Source: Podarcis filfolensis (taxonomy: Eukaryota). From it: a DNA stretch of 64,000 nt. Made by a program: the position numbers and the translations under genes. The stretch lies in NCBI GenBank assembly GCA_964270895.1, contig OZ185439.1; one strand, given 5' to 3'. Below are positions 1 to 12,399 of the stretch, piece after piece; position 1 is the first letter of the stretch, and every line of letters begins with the position of its first letter. The notes under the pieces were generated by a model that had not been told where the DNA came from, made no database searches, and saw only the letters and a program-made list of their open reading frames with translations.

Positions 1-624
1 AGAAATGTTCCCCTGAGGCCTCCTTCAGTTCAGTCTGTTTTATAATTGATGGGAATTTCCCCAGCACTGTCATTGGACTTTCCATGACTTCCTGGGCTTG
101 AGTGTGAAATCTGATAATGCTGGCTCTGAATCTTCTGTTCTTGCCTGGGAGTATTGGTGCCTTTGTCAGGAAGACATGAAAAATTACTACTGCATTGCAC
201 CCTACAACACAGTGCTCTCTGGATGAAGAATAAAAGGTGGCTTGCATACCTGTAAATAAACTCTCATGGGGCCCAAATAAAACAAATAATTGTGTAAACA
301 CTGAAACAGATAGCTCCTTCCTCCCAGGCACAATTCAGAAGTCTTGCAGAGTTGGCCTAAGGGGGATACCAGAGCTTTGCAGATCCATTTGATCAGTGGA
401 GCACAGACTGCTTCCTATATATTTTCATTTCATATTGAAAACTGCTGGTGAAGATGAAGTATTCCCTACTATACATTTCCATTACTCGGTGACTCTCACC
501 TGGTTCAGAGTCAAGCAAAAATATGTTGTGTAGCTGTGTGTAAAGCTCATGGGAAACTTTCAGTTACTTTGAATATGAGACCTATTCGGGACCAGGTGCA
601 CTAGTTGTCAGGGACTTTCCAGAC

Positions 625-840
625 CCAGTTTAAAGTGCTGGTTTTATCTTTACAGTATAGAGCTAACTGGCTTGGGACCAGGCAATTTGAAGGACTGCCT
701 GCACCTGCATGAGATTGCCTGGCCCTTAAGATTATCCACAGGGGGCCCACTGGTCAACTCCATCAAATTGGTGGAGTGAAAAGACAGAGCCTTTTCAGTT
801 GTTGCCCCTTCCACTGTGGGATGCCCCTCCCACATGGAGT
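625..840 (+). mobile_element. L2-clade LINE 3' fragment (degenerate)
   Basis: tttaaagtgctggttttatc...tggcttgggaccaggcaatttgaaggactgcc...gagccttttcagttgttgcccc matches the typical squamate L2 3' region; similar to copies at 5440-5800 and 33905-34140. Confidence 0.7.
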
Positions 841-1621
841 GTGATTTGTGTCCTTATTAGCTGCTTTCTAAAATGGCTCTCAAAAGACCCAATCAGCTTA
901 TTTGCCTTTACAGAAACCTGACTGGGAGCTCTGTCACACAGCTGATTCTACCAGTCAGCTGATTGCCAATGACAGAACATCTCAATTGAAGGGAGCAACT
1001 GGGCACATACCATTTTGTTCCTTAGGATCCATGTCTCTACCTGGCCCACACCTGATGGTGGGCATGGCTTAGGGGAAATGGCCTCATCAGCTAAGCTGGA
1101 ACCAATGTTGGCCTGTGGTATCCCCCCTTTTGTTTCTCAATAGCCTCATTTGGGGGGCATCATTGTCATAAAAGGAGCACATGAGTTTGTGATTGGTATA
1201 TAGAAGTGGGCTAACAACAACAAGAGCTTTCAGGATTCCAGGCACTCCATTCCATCTGCCCCATACCCCAGTTTTCTGCCCCCTCCCAACAGTCAATCAT
1301 CATTCTGTACCCACTGAGCATTCTTAGCTCTGATTGGTCTGCCTTGTTTTGTTTTTTTAATGTGTTGGGTTGGGATGGACATACTTATGCCCAATGCTAG
1401 CTACATTAGTAAGATGGATTTGTCTATTGATTTATATGGGCAGCTCTTACTCCTGTTTCTTGGAACATAAAATAGTGAACCAGGAAATGCCCTATCCAGA
1501 CAATGAGATGGTTCTGTCTAACCTTTTTATATCCATATGCCTCCTCTTCCATCTTCCTTTCTCAGCCACCCTATCCCCCTGCCCCACCCAGTTTTCTCCC
1601 AGAATTCTGTGCTATTAAGCA

Positions 1622-2107
1622 TGTTGAGTCCCAGTGGGCTAGAGTGTGTGGGTTGGGTGGTTTCTGTTTAGGCTACAGAAGTGAGATCACTTGGAGAATT
1701 GAAGCAGAACTAGAGTAAAGGACATAAGGTCATAAGATGATTTAAACTGATGGTTAGGAGAGTTAGACAGTTGATGAGGGTTATGCAGGAGAGCTGGGGA
1801 AGAGACATGGATGAGTAGGGGCAGAGGCATTTATGTTTTATAGAAAGGTTGTCATAGCTAAAATGTATACCACTGCGTAACAAACCTAGCTATAGACAAC
1901 AGTTTGGGACTCAGGAAAAGATGTATTTTTAATCAGCTGCATAAATTCCCAAAGCTGGTGTTACAAAAATAGATTGTCCATTTGGGTGTTGTGAATCTGT
2001 ATTTGTTTTTCTTATTGAGAAACCAGTTTGAGTAACTTGATAACCTCTCATGCATAACTACCACCTGGCAAGGAAGTGAAAGCAAGTGAGAACTGAGTTC
2101 TGTGACA
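1622..2107 (+). mobile_element. Possible solo LTR (degenerate)
   Basis: Starts TGTTGAG and ends GTGACA; flanking 4-mers agca/aaca differ at one base; LTR-like composition. Weak. Confidence 0.3.
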
Positions 2108-2829
2108 AACACGTTGCGTCCCGCTTGAATGTAAGCACTAAACCATAAATTTAGTGCTACGTGAATGATCTTGTTTGATCAGAACATGGCTTATTATCCT
2201 GGGTTGTTAACCAGCATTAACCCAGAATTCCGTGGTTTGGATATAATTCCGCTTACCTTTTTAATGATGCCAGCCCCACTGCCACTGCCACTGACATTAA
2301 ATTCCTCCTGCCGAACTTCTGGCTGGTGGGAGACAAAACAACCTCTCATGCAAACCAGGGGATTTGAATCTGGTCCACCTTTCATTGGGGTTGTGGGTTC
2401 ACAGCGCCTGGGCATGCCATGGGAAACTCTGGCTTAACAAAAGGCAAGATCTCTCGGCTGAAACCAGTTCACCTGGGGAGGAGGAATACACATCCACAGT
2501 GTTCCTCCATGACTTCAGAAACCATGGTTTACGGTGGTATGAATGAACATCTGAATGTAGCTATTAAAACTATGTTTTTGCATGTACAAGCAGCTCAATT
2601 GGTGGCATTCTCAGATAGGGTTGGGAAATCCTAGAGAGCTCCCCCCCCCCAATAATTTTTCTTTTACATACAAGAGCAACATACAACACCAGTAGCTTGT
2701 CCAGTGGTACATTCTTATACTTTCATATGCAGTACATACCACACAATCAATAGGTTTATTTATGTATTCTCAGTTCAGCTATCGTCTGCATAGAGACTCT
2801 TGTACTGAGGGTGGAATAAAAGTATTTTC

Positions 2830-3025
2830 TTTCTTTTTTTAAAAAAAATTATTTATAAAATTTTCAAATTTAACAATAATAAAAAAAGAAAACATTCCAT
2901 TTTAATTATACATCCAAATCTGATCTTTCCACTTTCAGACTTCCTTCAGTCTATCTGGAAATTTTCATATTTTCACAATTATTCACATTTCTTGCATCTA
3001 TATTGTTTTGTTCTTTTAACCAAAT
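2830..3025 (-). mobile_element. 5'-truncated L1-like retroposed 3' tail
   Basis: Perfect 18-bp TSD tggaataaaagtattttc (2812-2829 and 3026-3043). T-rich run at the left end reads as an A-rich tail on the minus strand. AT-rich body. Confidence 0.7.
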
Positions 3026-4744
3026 TGGAATAAAAGTATTTTCCATCTTGTTTATAAAGGAAAAGAAAGGAAGCCAAGTCTCACCAAAAGTGACTTGAAT
3101 TGAATTCCTGGACTAGCATGGTCAGGGAAGCAGGTTTTACATCATGGCCTTAGAGAAATGATGCCAGTCAATGCAGATGAGCTTTCACCACTTTGGCACC
3201 CTCCTGATATTTTGGACCCATCAGTCCCAGCCAGCACAGCCTGATGTGCACAATACTCAGTAAAATAGGCTAACAACCTGTCTCAGTAAAGTTGAGTTCC
3301 CTATGGCCAATAAACTGTGACTTGTTAGGTAATTGTTGACATGCTATGAGGCACCGATGAACGAGAGAGACAAAAACAGGAAAGAATCAGGCCACATTCA
3401 TGAGCTTCCACTCCATGACTGAAAGTCAAGGATCCTTTAATAACCCTTTTGATGGAACTGAAATGTGATTTGTGACTGAAGGCTTCCCAAATCCACATTA
3501 CTACCACCATGTCAGTTTTATATCAGTGGAATGTAAATAGACTAATAAGATATCCCATTGTGTTAGCCTGGAGGTAAGTTAAACATGCCCTTGAAACCAA
3601 AGACAAACTAACACATAATTAAAACTCTCATAGTGAAATCACCCTTGTGGCAGAACTGTGGGTCCTTGTAATGCAAAGGGAAGAGTTCAGATTAAAACCT
3701 GGTGCTGCTTGCCATCAGAAAGCCTGGAGCATCTTTGACTGTTACCTCTAGGAACCCATGGAAATCCTGATCTGATCTGGGATGGGGGTGGAGGCAGTGA
3801 GGAGTTGAAAAGAAACATTACAAGAGGGAAGAAAACCCCTGGAGCTCCCTGTTCCCAAAGCCCAGAAAGGCTGTTGACAAGATCACCAAATCTATTCCCA
3901 AATTAGACTTCCATCACGCCATAGAAAGGATGGACTGTGACCTCATGTCCATACCATGGTCCATGTGCACAGGTAAAAGAATGCTGAGAGTCACCTTCAG
4001 CAGCACCTTGCATGCCTCTTCAACCCCTTCATTCACATATGTTCTGCAGACATGGAGAAGGCTCCTGCAATTTCACAGAATGCAGAACTGTACCAGGTGC
4101 AGCTTTCCCCACTGCAATGGGGAACCCCATTGCAACTGATGGAATCCCCCCTCCCCTTTCTGTTCAACTCTTAAAGATACCAGTGTCCTCTCAGGAGCTT
4201 CTCTTAGCAAACTGCAACCCTAGATGGGCAACTTGCCACATGCAAAGCTGATCTGTGCTCCTACAAATGAGCAATAGTCTTCACCTGCCCATAAGAATTC
4301 CAATGCATTTATCCAGGTGTTCTCCACAAAGAGGTCCACACACAAACACCACTTAGGAAGGAAAAGAGGTCAGGGGTATTTTCTGTTTGACCTATAGCAA
4401 ACGTGAATCCCTCCAAGTAGCTCACAGTTACTTCTCTTGAAGCAGTTAATCTCCTTTAGTCACTGGTCTTCAAACACCAGTAATGTCTGCACTGGACTCA
4501 GGATCCTGCTTTTCTCTCCAGGGAAGATAATCCTGCAGTTTCTGTATTTGCAAAATACTGTGTTGCTGTTTGGCCTGACTGGCTGAGGATGAAGATGCCT
4601 TCACCTTTGATGCATATATGCAGTAATCACCATCATCACCATCATCATCATCTCCTCTGCAAACTGGCTTTCTGTTACCCTGAAGGGACAGGGTCTGCAA
4701 CCCCTTCAGACTGAGTCATTCCACAGGCACCAGTCTTCCACAAC

Positions 4745-6003
4745 TTGGTGCTGCCTTTGAAAAGGGTTTGGAAGCTTCAGCTTGCCCAGAATGCTGTGAC
4801 CAGACTGCTGTCTGAGGCTGCTTCTAGGGAGCATGGTTGTTGTTGTTGTTTAGTCGTGTCCGACTCTTCGTGACCCCATGGACCAGAGCACGCCAGGCAC
4901 TCCTGTCTTCCACTGCCTCCCACAGTTTGGTCAAACTGGGGGAGCTTTTGGTCGTAGCTTCAAGAACACTATCCAACCATCTCGTCCTCTGTCATCCCCT
5001 TCTCCTAGTGCCCTCCATCTTTCCCAGCATCAGGGTCTTTTCCAGGGAGTCTTCTCTTCTCATGAGCCTCAGCTTCATGATCTTGTCCTTCCAGTGAGCA
5101 CTCAGGGCTGATTTCCTTAAGAATGGATAGGTTTGATCTTCTTGCAGTCCATGGGACTGAGTCTCCTCCAGCACCAGAGTCTCCTCAAGAGTCTCCTCCA
5201 GCACCAGAATTCAAAAGCATCAATTCTTCGGCGATCAGCCTTCTTTATGGTCCAGCTCTCACTTCCATACATCACTACTGGGAAAACCATAGCTTTAACT
5301 ATATGGAACTTTGTCAGCAAGGTGATGTCTCTGCTTTTTAAGAGGCTGTCTAGGTTTGTCATTTCTTTTCTCCCAAGAAGCAAGCATCTTTTAATTTCGT
5401 GACTGCTGTCACCATCTGCAGTGATCATGGAGCCCAAGACCCTTTTAAAACAACCTCCCGGGCTACCAGTCTGTTTCCAGGCAGAATTCACAGTGCTGGT
5501 TATGACCTATAAAGCACTACTGTATCTGGCTTGGGCCAGACTACCTGAAATATTGTATCTCCCTATGTAAACCTGCCCAGGTGCTAAGCTCCTCAGGTGA
5601 GCACCTACCCTCAGTCCCTTCAACAACAGAAGCACAATTGATGGTGACATGAGAGAGCGCTTTTTCTGTGGCTGCTCCCATCTTGCAAAATTCCCTCCCA
5701 AGAGAGGTTAGATTGGCTCCCTGTTTGTTATCCTTCCACCAGCAGGCTAAGTCCAATTCAGACACACCTTACAAAACTAAGGTACAGATGATGCTGATCA
5801 CTGGGGTGCTATTGGAGCAAACTGTATTTTAATTACTGGTTTGAAATGTCTTTTGATGTATTTTAACTATTGTTTTTAACTAATTTGGTTTTGTTACTTT
5901 GCATTTTATAATGTCTTAAATGTTGTAAGCCTCCTTTAGTCCCAGTTTTGGAGAAAGGTGGGATATAAATATATTAAATTAAATTATTATTATTATTATT
6001 TTT
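4745..6003 (+). mobile_element. L2-clade LINE 3' end, split by a BovB insertion
   Basis: cagaatgctgtgaccagactgctg...gggagcatg (to 4835) resumes as acccttttaaaacaacctcccgggctaccagtc (from 5439). Ends with tgtaagcctcc...gaaaggtgggatataaat and (ATT)n. Confidence 0.8.
4836..5439 (-). mobile_element. BovB (RTE LINE) 3' fragment, internally rearranged
   Basis: Minus ORFs read ADGDSSHEIKRCLLLGRKEMTNLDSLLKSRDITL...SESWTIKKADRRRIDAFEFWCWRRLLR and LMRREDSLEKTLMLGKMEGTRRRG; (CAA)n tail. Confidence 0.95.
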
Positions 6004-6010
6004 AAAAAGT

Positions 6011-6119
6011 GCTCTCCAGATGTTGTTGGACTACAGTTCCCATTATCTCTGACCATTGGCTGGGGCTAATGGGACCTGAATCAAGCAACATCTGGAAGGC
6101 CACAACTTAGCCACCCCTG
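6011..6119. mobile_element. URR1-like palindromic hAT MITE (partial)
   Basis: ctccagatgttgttggactacagttccc...aacatctggaagg foldback structure shared with many copies in the window. Confidence 0.65.
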
Positions 6120-6132
6120 CTATGCACTCCAC

Positions 6133-6237
6133 CAGGGATGGGAAACCTCTGGCCTTCTCCAGCTTCCATCAGCCCTAGCCATCATGGCCAACAAGGAGGG
6201 ATAATGGGACTTGTAGTCCAGAGGTTTCCCACCACAG
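6133..6237. mobile_element. URR1-like hAT MITE
   Basis: cagggatgggaaacc...gggacttgtagtcc...ggtttccc termini. Confidence 0.6.
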
Positions 6238-6942
6238 CGTTACGCTGTGTGGGATTTCATCAAGGGCACTGCTGATTCACTGCATGCTTTCCATCTTGTG
6301 TGATCTGTCACATGTTAGAAGCTGCCCCCTGAACAGTGGGACGCAGTCAGCTGCAGAGCTTTTCCAAAGCTGTCAGTCGCTGAAAACTCTCCACTCCACA
6401 TCATCTCTCCGTTTCTGAATTGCATTCTGCCCGGTGATATTGCTGTGTGGCAAACCATTTCAAAGATGCATACCTGTCAACAGTCCTCAGAAATGTTCCA
6501 TTTGCTGCCTGCTGTGCAACATCTTAGCTAATGGACTGCTATACAAAAGAATTTAAAGACATCTTAAGTAGCTTTTGAAACATTCATTAAGGAAAATGAC
6601 AAATGGATGCATTTTAGTAGCCAATGAGCAATATTTTGACGTTTGTACAAATTCAAACATGCAGCAATAGAAGCACACGGCAATAAAACAGAAGGCCAAG
6701 AAATTGTACTTGGCATTGGAATTACCTTGCTGAGTCAGGCCAAAGAACCACCCTTTCCATCACTCCCTTTGGTCATATGGGTGAGCCTGGGAAACCAACA
6801 AGTAGTTGGTTGGGAGCTGCCCAGAGTGGCTGGGGAAACCCAGCCAGATGGGCAGGGTATAAATAATAATATTATTATTAAAATGATTATAGTGCATAAT
6901 GGAGAGAGCCATTCTCTGCTGTTTGCCCTCAGCATCTGTGCA

Positions 6943-7090
6943 AGGGTCATAGCTCAGTGGTAGAGAATCTGTTTGCATGCCAAAGGTCCCAGGTCCCATC
7001 CCAGGTGGAGGAATTGCCATTAAGTATCAACAGTACTGATCTATATGGACCAATGGCATCATTTGGTCTAAGGTAGCTTCCTATATTTCT
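6943..7090 (+). mobile_element. tRNA(Ala-like)-derived SINE, degenerate
   Basis: A-box tagctcagtggtagag, then gtcccaggt; tail ...atggaccaatgg...aaggtagcttcctat. Related copy at 37219-37395. Confidence 0.65.
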
Positions 7091-7399
7091 CTATTGTTCT
7101 CCAAGTTAGACTGCCTTTGGAAATGGAGGGTTTGTTTTTCTTGCTCTTACGGTTAATTTTGCAATTAGCAGATATGTCATCCATGAATTTAGTGAGTCCT
7201 TTTTAGAGCCAGTAACAGCACCTCATGGTAACAATGAATCCCATAATTATGCTTTGCATTAATAAATGTTTCCTTGTGTTTGTCTTGAACCTCCTGTTAA
7301 TCAGTTTCAATTAATTTGTGATCCAGGATCAACATTCTGACCAGATGTGATGAATAATGCTGAATGTGAAATTGCTTGCAAACATGTGTACGTGAGTTA

Positions 7400-7528
7400 T
7401 AGTATCACAGAATTGTAGAGCTGGAAAGGACCACGAGGGTCATCTAGTCCAACCCCCTGCAATGCATGAATCTTTTGCCCAACATGAGACTCAAACCCAT
7501 GACCCTAAGATTAAGAGTCTCATGCTCT
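7400..7528 (-). mobile_element. tRNA-Lys-derived SINE with CR1-type tail
   Basis: Minus strand agagcatgagactcttaatcttagggtcatgggtttgag...ttggactagatgaccc...ctctacaattctgtgat. Confidence 0.8.
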
Positions 7529-7839
7529 CTAAAATGTTGAAGAATTTTCGTGATGATTTAAAAATTCAAAAATTGCTGCAAAATGTGGAGCACTGAATTT
7601 AATATTTGGAAGAATATAAACTGAGAGAACCCCCTGGAGCCAATCTCGTGGGTGCACAGAAGTCTACAGGGGAGAAGAAAGAAGGGGAAAGTTCCATTCT
7701 ACTCGCACACATCCCTTGCAGACTGCCCAGAGTCTTTTGTGTGGTCACTCACAATTCCAGTACAGAGTCATCTCTGAGTTGCCACAGCGTCACATCTGAC
7801 ATCACAGTATTTTAGTTGGGCAGCAAACACTGTTGAGCA

Positions 7840-8008
7840 CAGTGGCGTAGCGTGGGTTGTCAGCACCCGGGGCAAGGCAAGTAATTTGCACCCCCTAACC
7901 CGTGGATTTGCGCCCCCTAACCCGTGGATTTGCGCCCCCTTACCCTAACCCCCAGATGTTGCGCCCGGTGCGGCCAGCCCCCCCTGCACCCCCCACGCTA
8001 CGCCACTG
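7840..8008. mobile_element. hAT MITE, 169 bp, with CCCTAA-containing internal repeats
   Basis: TIR CAGTGGCGTAGCGTGGG; perfect 8-bp TSD gttgagca (7832-7839, 8009-8016). Confidence 0.9.
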
Positions 8009-8759
8009 GTTGAGCATACTGATAACAGCCCAAACATGTATAAATGAATGAAGAACTGAGTTGAAGGTGTGCACCCCAACCTTAGCTTTGGGCTGCCCCA
8101 AATTATATATTTAAACCTCCAGAAGAGTGGCTTCTACCTGGGAGCATGATATGCTTAAGCATAGTTCCCCAATGCCAGAAAACCTTAATGTATGTAAAAG
8201 CCAATAAAGTATGGGGGCAAGTGCACCCCACTGGAAGCTAGTTTGCAGTTGAGCCACAAAGTGTGAGCTGCCAAAAATGTGTCCGCTTGAAAAATCGGCT
8301 CTCGCGCACTGATATATGCAAACTCCAAAAATCTGGAAACCAGACATTAAGTTCAGAGAAGAGTTGACATTTCACTGAGGAAGAGTTGGATGATTATTGC
8401 GATGACTAATTTGTAAGGCGAATGTAAGAACAGATGTGATCAGAACAAGGTAACCATGTTGTTTCACAACAAAAATGTAAAGGTTTCTACATTTGAAATC
8501 AATTACAGGGTGAAATCAATGCAGTTAATATGTTGGGAGAGAACAAGCCTATGACGCAGAGATAGAACTCTTAATTAATGTTTGACCTGTAGGGCAACTT
8601 AGGAGAACAGAGCCCAGCAGCCACCACTGCAGGGGGTATGAAAAATGTGCTGCACCACTAGACCAGAACAAGTATTATGTGGCAGCTGTAACAGTGCCAG
8701 TTCCACAGATTTGAAGTGGATAAGCAACTATACATGGGATAAGGCAAGTAAACTGGTCT

Positions 8760-9345
8760 CAAGCCATTAAGGGTTTTATTTACTAATAGTAGCACCTTGA
8801 ACTTGGTCTGAACAGAGGTGTTGTATCTCTGAACAGAGGTGTTGTATGCTGATCAGGTCTGCTTCCTGCCAGCAACAATACTGCAGCATTCTGCACTAAC
8901 TGCAGCTTCTGGGTCAAGCACAAGGGAAGCCCCACATTGAGTGCATTGCAGTGCTCCAACCTTGAAGTCACCAATTCCTGAACTACTGTGCTCAAGATCA
9001 TCTGGTCTAAGAACAGCCCTAGCTGTTGTACCTGTGGAAACTAGTAAAAGGTCGTTCTAGCTCCCTGGGCCTCCAGGGACAGGGCTAGATCCACAAGCAC
9101 CCCAAACCTGCTCCTTCAGGGGGAGCGCAACGCTGTCCAGAACAGGGTTTCTGGACACTCGCCCACAGTGCTTCAATCTTGCCAGGATACAAGATCAGCT
9201 TATTTTCCCTCATCTATCCCATCACTGCATGCAGGCACCAGTTCAGGACTACCATGACTTCTGATTCAGATCCTATGGAAAAATGGAGCTGAGTGTCATC
9301 AGCATACTGATGGCTCTTAGCACCACAATTCATAATGACTACCCT
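8760..9345 (-). mobile_element. L2-clade LINE reverse-transcriptase C-terminal fragment
   Basis: Minus translation VIMNCGAKSHQYADDTQLHF (~9283-9340, YADD motif) and LVTSRLEHCNAL...QKLQLVQNAA (ORF 8783-9001). Confidence 0.9.
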
Positions 9346-9461
9346 CTTTACTCAATGGGAAAGTAATCTTGAATCACTTCTTTTTGTGAGGGGTGGGGGG
9401 AGCTGCTGACTTTGATGTTCAACTACAGCATTTACATTGTTTACTGTCTTGGATACCATTA

Positions 9462-9692
9462 CAGTGGTACCTCGGGTTACATACGCTTCAGGTTACATAC
9501 GCTTCAGGTTTCACACTCCCCTAACCTAGAAATAGTGCTTCAAGTTAAGAACTTTGCTTCAGGATGAGAACAGAAATCGTCCGGTGGCAGTGGGAGGCCC
9601 CATTAGCTAAAGTGGTACCTCAGGTTAAGAACAGTTTCAGGTTAAGAACGGACCTCCAGAACGAATTAAGTACTTAACCCGAGGTACCACTG
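9462..9692 (+). mobile_element. Tc1/pogo(Tigger)-like MITE, family A
   Basis: TIR CAGTGGTACCTCGGGTTA, TA TSD; five copies in the window. Confidence 0.9.
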
Positions 9693-10636
9693 TATATTCT
9701 TTTATTGCACAAAGTGCTTTTTTTCCTAGGGCTACTCAAGGCACCTTTCCTTTTTCAAATGTTAAAAGTGTGGCACTTGCTTTAACAGCTTCATGGTGAG
9801 TACTGGCACCTTTCTTTCTAAAAGGAGGGGGAGGGAGCTCACTAATTGCACATATGCAGTATATGAACAATCTTGAATTTGGGAAAGACAATATAGACAC
9901 AATTCAAACAAATGAATAAAGCCACAAGGCATACAAACCCATTGCCAATGACACGCATTGTCTGAAAGCTCACATTTTCTTTCCCGCCATGTCAATTAAT
10001 TCATTTAATAGGATTTCAAGTTTGCTGTGAATATCCAGGTTTTTAGTTGTAATCACAGAGTGAGTTCAATTCAGTCTTTGGTCTGTCACACAGGTGAGGC
10101 TGTTTATAACTTGATGTTTTCATTAACACTAAGAAACATTCCTGTAAAATCTTAACAATTCCTGATTGAATTGATCAAACTGGTAATGAAATCTTATCCT
10201 GTATGAATGAAAAACAGGAAGACCAAGACGAAAGGATGAGGAAAATTATAGCCTTAATCAGTTCTATGTGCCCTAGGAGGTCTTTGGGTTTGTATGTCTT
10301 GGACAACAGTTCTCTAAGCCAATAGCAAACAACTTTTGAAATGGAGGGAACTTTCAAAAGCAGTTAATGATATTACACAGGGGTCTGTGGACTTGGGACT
10401 GAGCGAATCTATCTATTTCAGTTTCTTTCTCTGTTTTTGTCTTTATTTAGATTAGTATCTTTTATCTTACGAAAAATATTTAATAAAATATTGGTTTGTT
10501 TTTATAAAAGAATCACTTCCTCAGTCTTAAGCTGTTCTCCAAATCTGAATCATTTCACATTAAAAATAAATAAATCTTTATGGAAATGCACCAGCAATTT
10601 CATGCACATTTCCCCTAATGCAATGGAGTTCTGTAT

Positions 10637-10788
10637 GCTGGTATAGCTCAGTCAGTAGAGCATGAGACTCTCAATCTCAGGGTCATGGGTTTGAGCCCTA
10701 ACTTGGGCAAAATAATTATCTGCATTGTAAGGGTTTGGACTAGATGACCCTTGTGACCCCTTCCAGCTCTACAGTACTATGACTCTAT
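10637..10788 (+). mobile_element. tRNA-Lys-derived SINE with CR1-type tail
   Basis: tagctcagtcagtagagcatgagactctcaatctcagggtcatgggtttgagcc head, then ttggactagatgaccc...ccttccagctctacag tail. Confidence 0.85.
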
Positions 10789-10800
10789 TACCTGTTATTA

Positions 10801-11013
10801 CAGGTACCTCTGGTTAAGAACTTATTTCATTCTGGAGGTCAGTTCTTAACCTGAAACTGTTCTTAACCTGAGGTACCACTTTAGCTAATGGGGTCTCCCG
10901 CCGCCGCCGCACGATTTCTGTTCTGATCCTGAAGCAAAGTTCTTAACCCGAGGTACTATTTCTGGGTTAGCGGAGTCTGTAACCTGAAGCATCTGTAACC
11001 CGAGGTAGCACTG
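10801..11013 (-). mobile_element. Tc1/pogo-like MITE, family A
   Basis: TA-flanked; homologous to 9462-9692 in reverse orientation. Confidence 0.85.
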
Positions 11014-11063
11014 TATTTTTTTTAGTAACGTATGCATTTTCATCAACACTTTTCAATAATATA

Positions 11064-11334
11064 CAGTGGTACCTTGGGTACCTTGGGTACCACTCGGGTA
11101 CCTCAGGTTAAGTATTTAATTCGTTCCGGAAGTCCGTTCTTAACCTGAAACTGTTCTTAACCTGAAGCACCACTTTAGCTAATGGGGCCTCCCGCTGCCG
11201 CCGCGCCGCCGGAGCACAATTTCTGTTCTCATCCTGAAGCAAAGTTCTTAACCCGAGGTACTATTTCTGGGTTAGCGGAGTCGGTAACCCGAAGCGTATG
11301 TAACCTGAAGCGTCTGTAACCCGAGGTACCACTG
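11064..11334 (-). mobile_element. Tc1/pogo-like MITE, family A, with expanded left TIR
   Basis: TA TSD (11062-63, 11335-36); same family; four GGTACC sites at the left end. Confidence 0.9.
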
Positions 11335-12399
11335 TATGCATTTTTGTCCACATTACTTGGTCAAAGAACTGCATTTCAAACTTTGCAGAAGTCTGGATTT
11401 CGAAGGACAGCTGACTTTCAGTTTGCATATTGTTTCAGAAAGTGTAAATTATGTAGTTTCACATTAAAATGGCAAGCCAGTCAAATTTCTCCCAATCCCC
11501 ACCTGTGATTCAAAAGGAGGGAGGAGTCATAGATCTCACTGGCCATGCCCAGTTCTTTTTTTGCAAGCATCCATTTGGATTTGACAAATGCATTTCACAC
11601 ACACCCAGTAAGAAATGTTCACCCAGCTTTTGCTCTAGCTGAGAAGGTCAGGAGCCTATTGTGATCTGGAGGCTGGGAGGAGAGCTGTGCTGGAGATTTA
11701 TATTTTATCTTGGGAACTGGCAGGGTGTAAAAGATGAAACATTAAGTGCACTGGATGCATTGGTCTTGTTGTCTCCAATTCAGCCTAATTATTAATATGC
11801 TATGCGGACAGCAATGCTTTATTAATTGTATCAGTAGCTGGTGATCAATGTGACAAGTCAAGTAAAAGAGCACTGTTATTCATCAGTGTTGTCAACAGAT
11901 AATTGTCCTCATATGCATTTGAATAAGACAGAGGAAGAAGCAGAATGAATGTGCTCCTCTTATCACATTTAAGTTTAGCCCTGTAAGTGTCAACACAATT
12001 AAAGCTAGGAAGGGCACAAGGCAACATAGAAAGATTCATATTCTGCCATGGTCTGTAATATTCTGGAATGTACATTCCAAAGGGGTCTAAGCCCCTTCAA
12101 CTAATATATAATTCCCAGTGAGTCATACCACTGTTGAAACCCAGCACAAAAGGAAATACTCAATGAACAAGGAGAAAAAACTCCAGACATCTTGCTGCAA
12201 TATGTATAATTTAAAGGCTACTTGGACAGAAACAGTAAAGTACTGCATGCAATTGACCATTAAACAATCTGCCATGACATTTTTTGAGCTTTCACAAGCA
12301 AACAAACAAAAAGAAACCCATAGCAAAACATTTACATGATCCTCAACACAGAGACACAATAGCATGCATTCCAGGATTGTGCTGAAGTATACTGGAAAC

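Noticed and set aside
10637-10710. tRNA-Lys(CTT)-like sequence
   Set aside because: Mutated anticodon and T arms, runs into a CR1-type tail, and occurs four times: SINE heads, not tRNA genes.
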